The notes beneath the pieces were generated by a model that worked only from the letters and a program-made list of their open reading frames with translations, was not told the origin of the DNA and made no database searches. The position numbers and the translations under genes are program-made. A DNA stretch of 58,276 bases from a virus, in IMG/VR virus record IMGVR_UViG_3300014202_000270; one strand, written 5' to 3'. Shown here in pieces: positions 55,690 through 58,276 of the stretch; the stretch's first letter is position 1, and each line of letters begins with the position of its first letter.

Positions 55690-57680
55690 TAGAAAAAAGT
55701 TAATTGTTTAAAGTTTGTTTGTTTAAGCTTTTCTATTTCTTGCTTTGCTTTCAGTATGTAATATTTAAGATTTAAATCATACTGCTCAAAAGGTTTCTTT
55801 TCATACTTAACAAAAATTGTTTGCAGCCACGGGCCGCTTTCAAGTTGTATTTCTCTACCATCTGTGTAATTATACTTTATGACTTTACATCCTTTGTTGC
55901 TTACATAGTATCTTAGTGTGTTCTGCAGTTTTTCTTTTGTTACCTCGCCATTTATAACACATGTTTGTACAAACTCCCAGTCACCTTTAATCTTTACACC
56001 TGCGCAGAAGTCAAAAATATCTTTGCAATTGTTGATAGTTTCTTCTACAGGAGTGTTAAATACAAGGTTGTTGTAAATAGCTTTGCGGATTATTAGAAAA
56101 CTCTTGTTCTTATGAAGCGGAAGGTCTACAAACTCAAATCTACCCTTGCATTTTACTGGTTGGTAATAGAATTTGCCGTTCTCTTCTCTATGTGGAAAGT
56201 GGGGGTTTGCTATAAGTATCTTAGAAATCTCCTCTTGAGAGCATTCCTTTTCTGTGAATAAGGCAATATAGTTATTCACGTCGCCAAGGAATATTCTATC
56301 GTACTGGTCATGTTCTAGAGATAATTTTGTTATCTCCTCCCACCGTTTACACACCTCCATATATTTATCATACGCGTGTTCAGGAATCATTGTTTCTAGA
56401 CCATCTGTATTCTGCATAATCGGTATAGCTTCCGGGATAGCTTCACAAATCATTTCGTAAAGCATCATTAGTGTTAGCTGACCATTCATGGTGATACGCA
56501 TGGTAAACTCGGGGTCATATAAGAAACTATTTTCCTCATTGCTCAAACCATATGTACTGTTTAGAATAATCTTGTACACATAGTTCTTGGGGTCTTTCTT
56601 AGGTATTTTTGTACGCTCATCGAAGAACCACTCATACTGCTCACAGAATATATCTTTGGGTATGTGTGCAGGTGACCATTTGTTTCTAATTGCAAGATTT
56701 GGGTAGAAGCTAGTTACATCTGAGGTCATGATAATCATGCCGTCCTTAGCAACATATTCACCGCTTTTATTTGAACCATGCACGCCGCCAAAACCAAAGT
56801 CTGTTTGAACATTGCGGTACCTAATGTGATACTCAAAGGCACCTTTAGTATTCTTCGGGTCGATTATTAAGCTTTTAAACTTCTCATGCAACCTTTGAAA
56901 CTCTGGTCTAACAAAACTGATATAGTCTAGTAGTATCTTAGAGATATCAATAGACTTCCTTACAGTTTTATATTTCTTGAGCTCATACTTAGGAACCTTA
57001 AGCTTCTTAGATAAAAACAACAGAAATAAATCTTTAGAAATCTTGGGCTCTGATGCTGAATAAAGAGATATCTTATACTCTTGGCTTAGTTTGTTTCTTA
57101 GATTTACCTGGTTTTTAGACAGGAACAAAATTGCTTTAGTGGACTTTACGTCATTGATACAGTAGTCTACGATTTCATTGATTATATCAAAACTTTCTAC
57201 ATCCAGAGTATGGGTGTATGGCATGTCTTGTATGTTGGACCAATCCATGGAATACTGTATCCATTTTAAACTAGAGCGTTTCGCGGCATTATCCCAGTGG
57301 TTTAGCTTAAATACATCTATCTGTTTAATCTTCATCTGCCACTCAGAATAGCTAGCAAACTCGCCAGCGTTACTAAGCTCAATGACCCGTTGCGCCTCGG
57401 CGTAGATTTCTCTAGCAACAGCCTCCCCGGGTATAGATAATAAGTGATCACAATGCTTAAGTATATACTCAGTAATTTGAGCATCAAATGCTAAACCATT
57501 AAAGGATATATGCCTTTCGTTATTCTTGATATTACCATCTAAGAACTTGAGTAGTTTAGACAGATCATTGCGTAGCCTATGAACTATAAAAACGTGTTGA
57601 GTTTCTGTGTTAATATCCTCGAATACACCCACGAAGAGGTTGGACATAGTTTCAAAGTCCATTACATATCCATATGCCAT
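55689..57680 (-). CDS. polB: Family B DNA polymerase with 3'-5' exonuclease
   Basis: ExoI DFET, ExoII FNGLAFD, ExoIII YCINDV; motif A SDVTSFYPN, motif B KIILNSTYG, motif C variant NTDG. Confidence 0.92.
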   Translation of the reverse strand: MAYGYVMDFETMSNLFVGVFEDINTETQHVFIVHRLRNDLSKLLKFLDGNIKNNERHISFNGLAFDAQITEYILKHCDHLLSIPGEAVAREIYAEAQRVIELSNAGEFASYSEWQMKIKQIDVFKLNHWDNAAKRSSLKWIQYSMDWSNIQDMPYTHTLDVESFDIINEIVDYCINDVKSTKAILFLSKNQVNLRNKLSQEYKISLYSASEPKISKDLFLLFLSKKLKVPKYELKKYKTVRKSIDISKILLDYISFVRPEFQRLHEKFKSLIIDPKNTKGAFEYHIRYRNVQTDFGFGGVHGSNKSGEYVAKDGMIIMTSDVTSFYPNLAIRNKWSPAHIPKDIFCEQYEWFFDERTKIPKKDPKNYVYKIILNSTYGLSNEENSFLYDPEFTMRITMNGQLTLMMLYEMICEAIPEAIPIMQNTDGLETMIPEHAYDKYMEVCKRWEEITKLSLEHDQYDRIFLGDVNNYIALFTEKECSQEEISKILIANPHFPHREENGKFYYQPVKCKGRFEFVDLPLHKNKSFLIIRKAIYNNLVFNTPVEETINNCKDIFDFCAGVKIKGDWEFVQTCVINGEVTKEKLQNTLRYYVSNKGCKVIKYNYTDGREIQLESGPWLQTIFVKYEKKPFEQYDLNLKYYILKAKQEIEKLKQTNFKQLTFF

Positions 57681-57711
57681 ATCATAGTTATTAATCTTAG
57701 TGGTTTATAAC

Positions 57712-57737
57712 AAAAAAAGCCCCACCGAAGTAGGGCT
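57712..57737 (-). terminator. Rho-independent terminator with cUUCGg tetraloop
   Basis: - strand AGCCCTAC-TTCG-GTGGGGCT followed by a T run, downstream of ORF 58088..57768 and upstream of polB. Confidence 0.85.
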
Positions 57738-57745
57738 GTTGGGTT

Positions 57746-57759
57746 TATACATTAGTTAG
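57746..57759. repeat. 14-bp exact direct repeat TATACATTAGTTAG (copy 2 at 58164-58177) within a ~33-bp imperfect repeat
   Basis: gggctgttgggtttatacattagttagtggaaat vs gggttgtttggctatacattagttagcgaaaat. Confidence 0.8.
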
Positions 57760-57767
57760 TGGAAATG

Positions 57768-58088
57768 CTATTCGACATCCACCTCATAATCACGTTTAAT
57801 TTTTTTAGCCAGTTTTATAGCGACATCTGACGGCAACTTTTCAAAAAGCCGCTCAATCAAATTACTGCTATCAAATTCAGCTTGACGGCAGTAAATCATA
57901 TCTTCCAAAAAATTTACAAATTGCTCTAAAGCATCTGTTTTAATATCACGTTTTGGGTTTAGATTTATTACGGACTTGCCATTTTCATCTTTAGGGTATT
58001 CACGGCTTTCAATATCTTCCGTTACCCTTACATTTTCGGCTTCAAAAATCAACTCAAAGCCATAGTTTTTTTTAAGTGTTATGTTCAT
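57768..58088 (-). CDS. Hypothetical protein (106 aa)
   Basis: ORF with A-rich upstream region (acaaataaaaATG), bounded by the repeat pair. Confidence 0.7.
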   Translation of the reverse strand: MNITLKKNYGFELIFEAENVRVTEDIESREYPKDENGKSVINLNPKRDIKTDALEQFVNFLEDMIYCRQAEFDSSNLIERLFEKLPSDVAIKLAKKIKRDYEVDVE

Positions 58089-58173
58089 TTTTATTTGTGT
58101 TGTGAGATTTGTTTCAGTTTAATTTCGTGTTAACAAGCCGTACCCTATCGGGGGTTGTTTGGCTATACATTAG

Positions 58174-58275
58174 TTAGCGAAAATTTTCCCACCAAAGTTT
58201 CCATAGCTCACCTGTATCTTTCCAATTATCTTTGTTTCTTTGGTCAGCATATTTGTGAACCCAAACTTCATGCAA
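58174..58275 (-). CDS. 3' end of a truncated hypothetical protein
   Basis: My translation: LHEVWVHKYADQRNKDNWKDTGELWKLWWENFR*, with the TAA inside the repeat (cgcTAActaatgtata). Confidence 0.5.
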   Translation of the reverse strand: MHEVWVHKYADQRNKDNWKDTGELWKLWWENFR

Positions 58276-58276
58276 T

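Noticed and set aside
33734-57680. Inteins or group I introns in RNAP or PolB
   Set aside because: Catalytic motifs are contiguous in one frame; no intein splice-junction or homing endonuclease motifs seen
1-58276. Stop-codon reassignment as in some crAss-like clades
   Set aside because: Multi-kilobase ORFs are intact in the standard code and tile the window; TGA and TAG both occur at sensible gene ends
1-58276. tRNA or other structured RNA genes
   Set aside because: Intergenic gaps are at most ~115 nt and are explained by terminators or promoter-like motifs; no cloverleaf recognised

Overview
AT-rich (roughly one-third G+C by eye) fragment of a crAss-like (Crassvirales-type) dsDNA phage, most likely infecting Bacteroidota (no Shine-Dalgarno motifs, one TAnnTTTG element). 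Bases 1-54056 are a co-oriented + strand virion module: Cys-rich/FN3/Asp-box tail proteins, an IHF/HU-like protein, two tail ring proteins, the tail stabilisation (muzzle) protein, then eight large putative ejected cargo proteins. These include a 3793-aa virion RNA polymerase (DFDFD) and carry L,D-transpeptidase, lysozyme-like, PD-(D/E)xK, zincin, GNAT, ASCH and ADP-ribosyltransferase-like domains. After a convergent terminator (~54055-54098) the - strand carries replication/early genes (family B DNA polymerase, MazG-like NTP pyrophosphatase, small hypotheticals). Most striking observation: the last four giant proteins (9246 aa in total) contain only six cysteines, all at the three gene junctions (C-terminus of one protein, N-terminus of the next), with paralogous terminal segments at two junctions. 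This is the pattern expected of a head-to-tail disulfide-linked ejection chain. The cargo genes also look like cassette arrays of effector domains bounded by short conserved linkers and [YFM]xxGG motifs. All family assignments are from motif recognition by eye; no searches were run.
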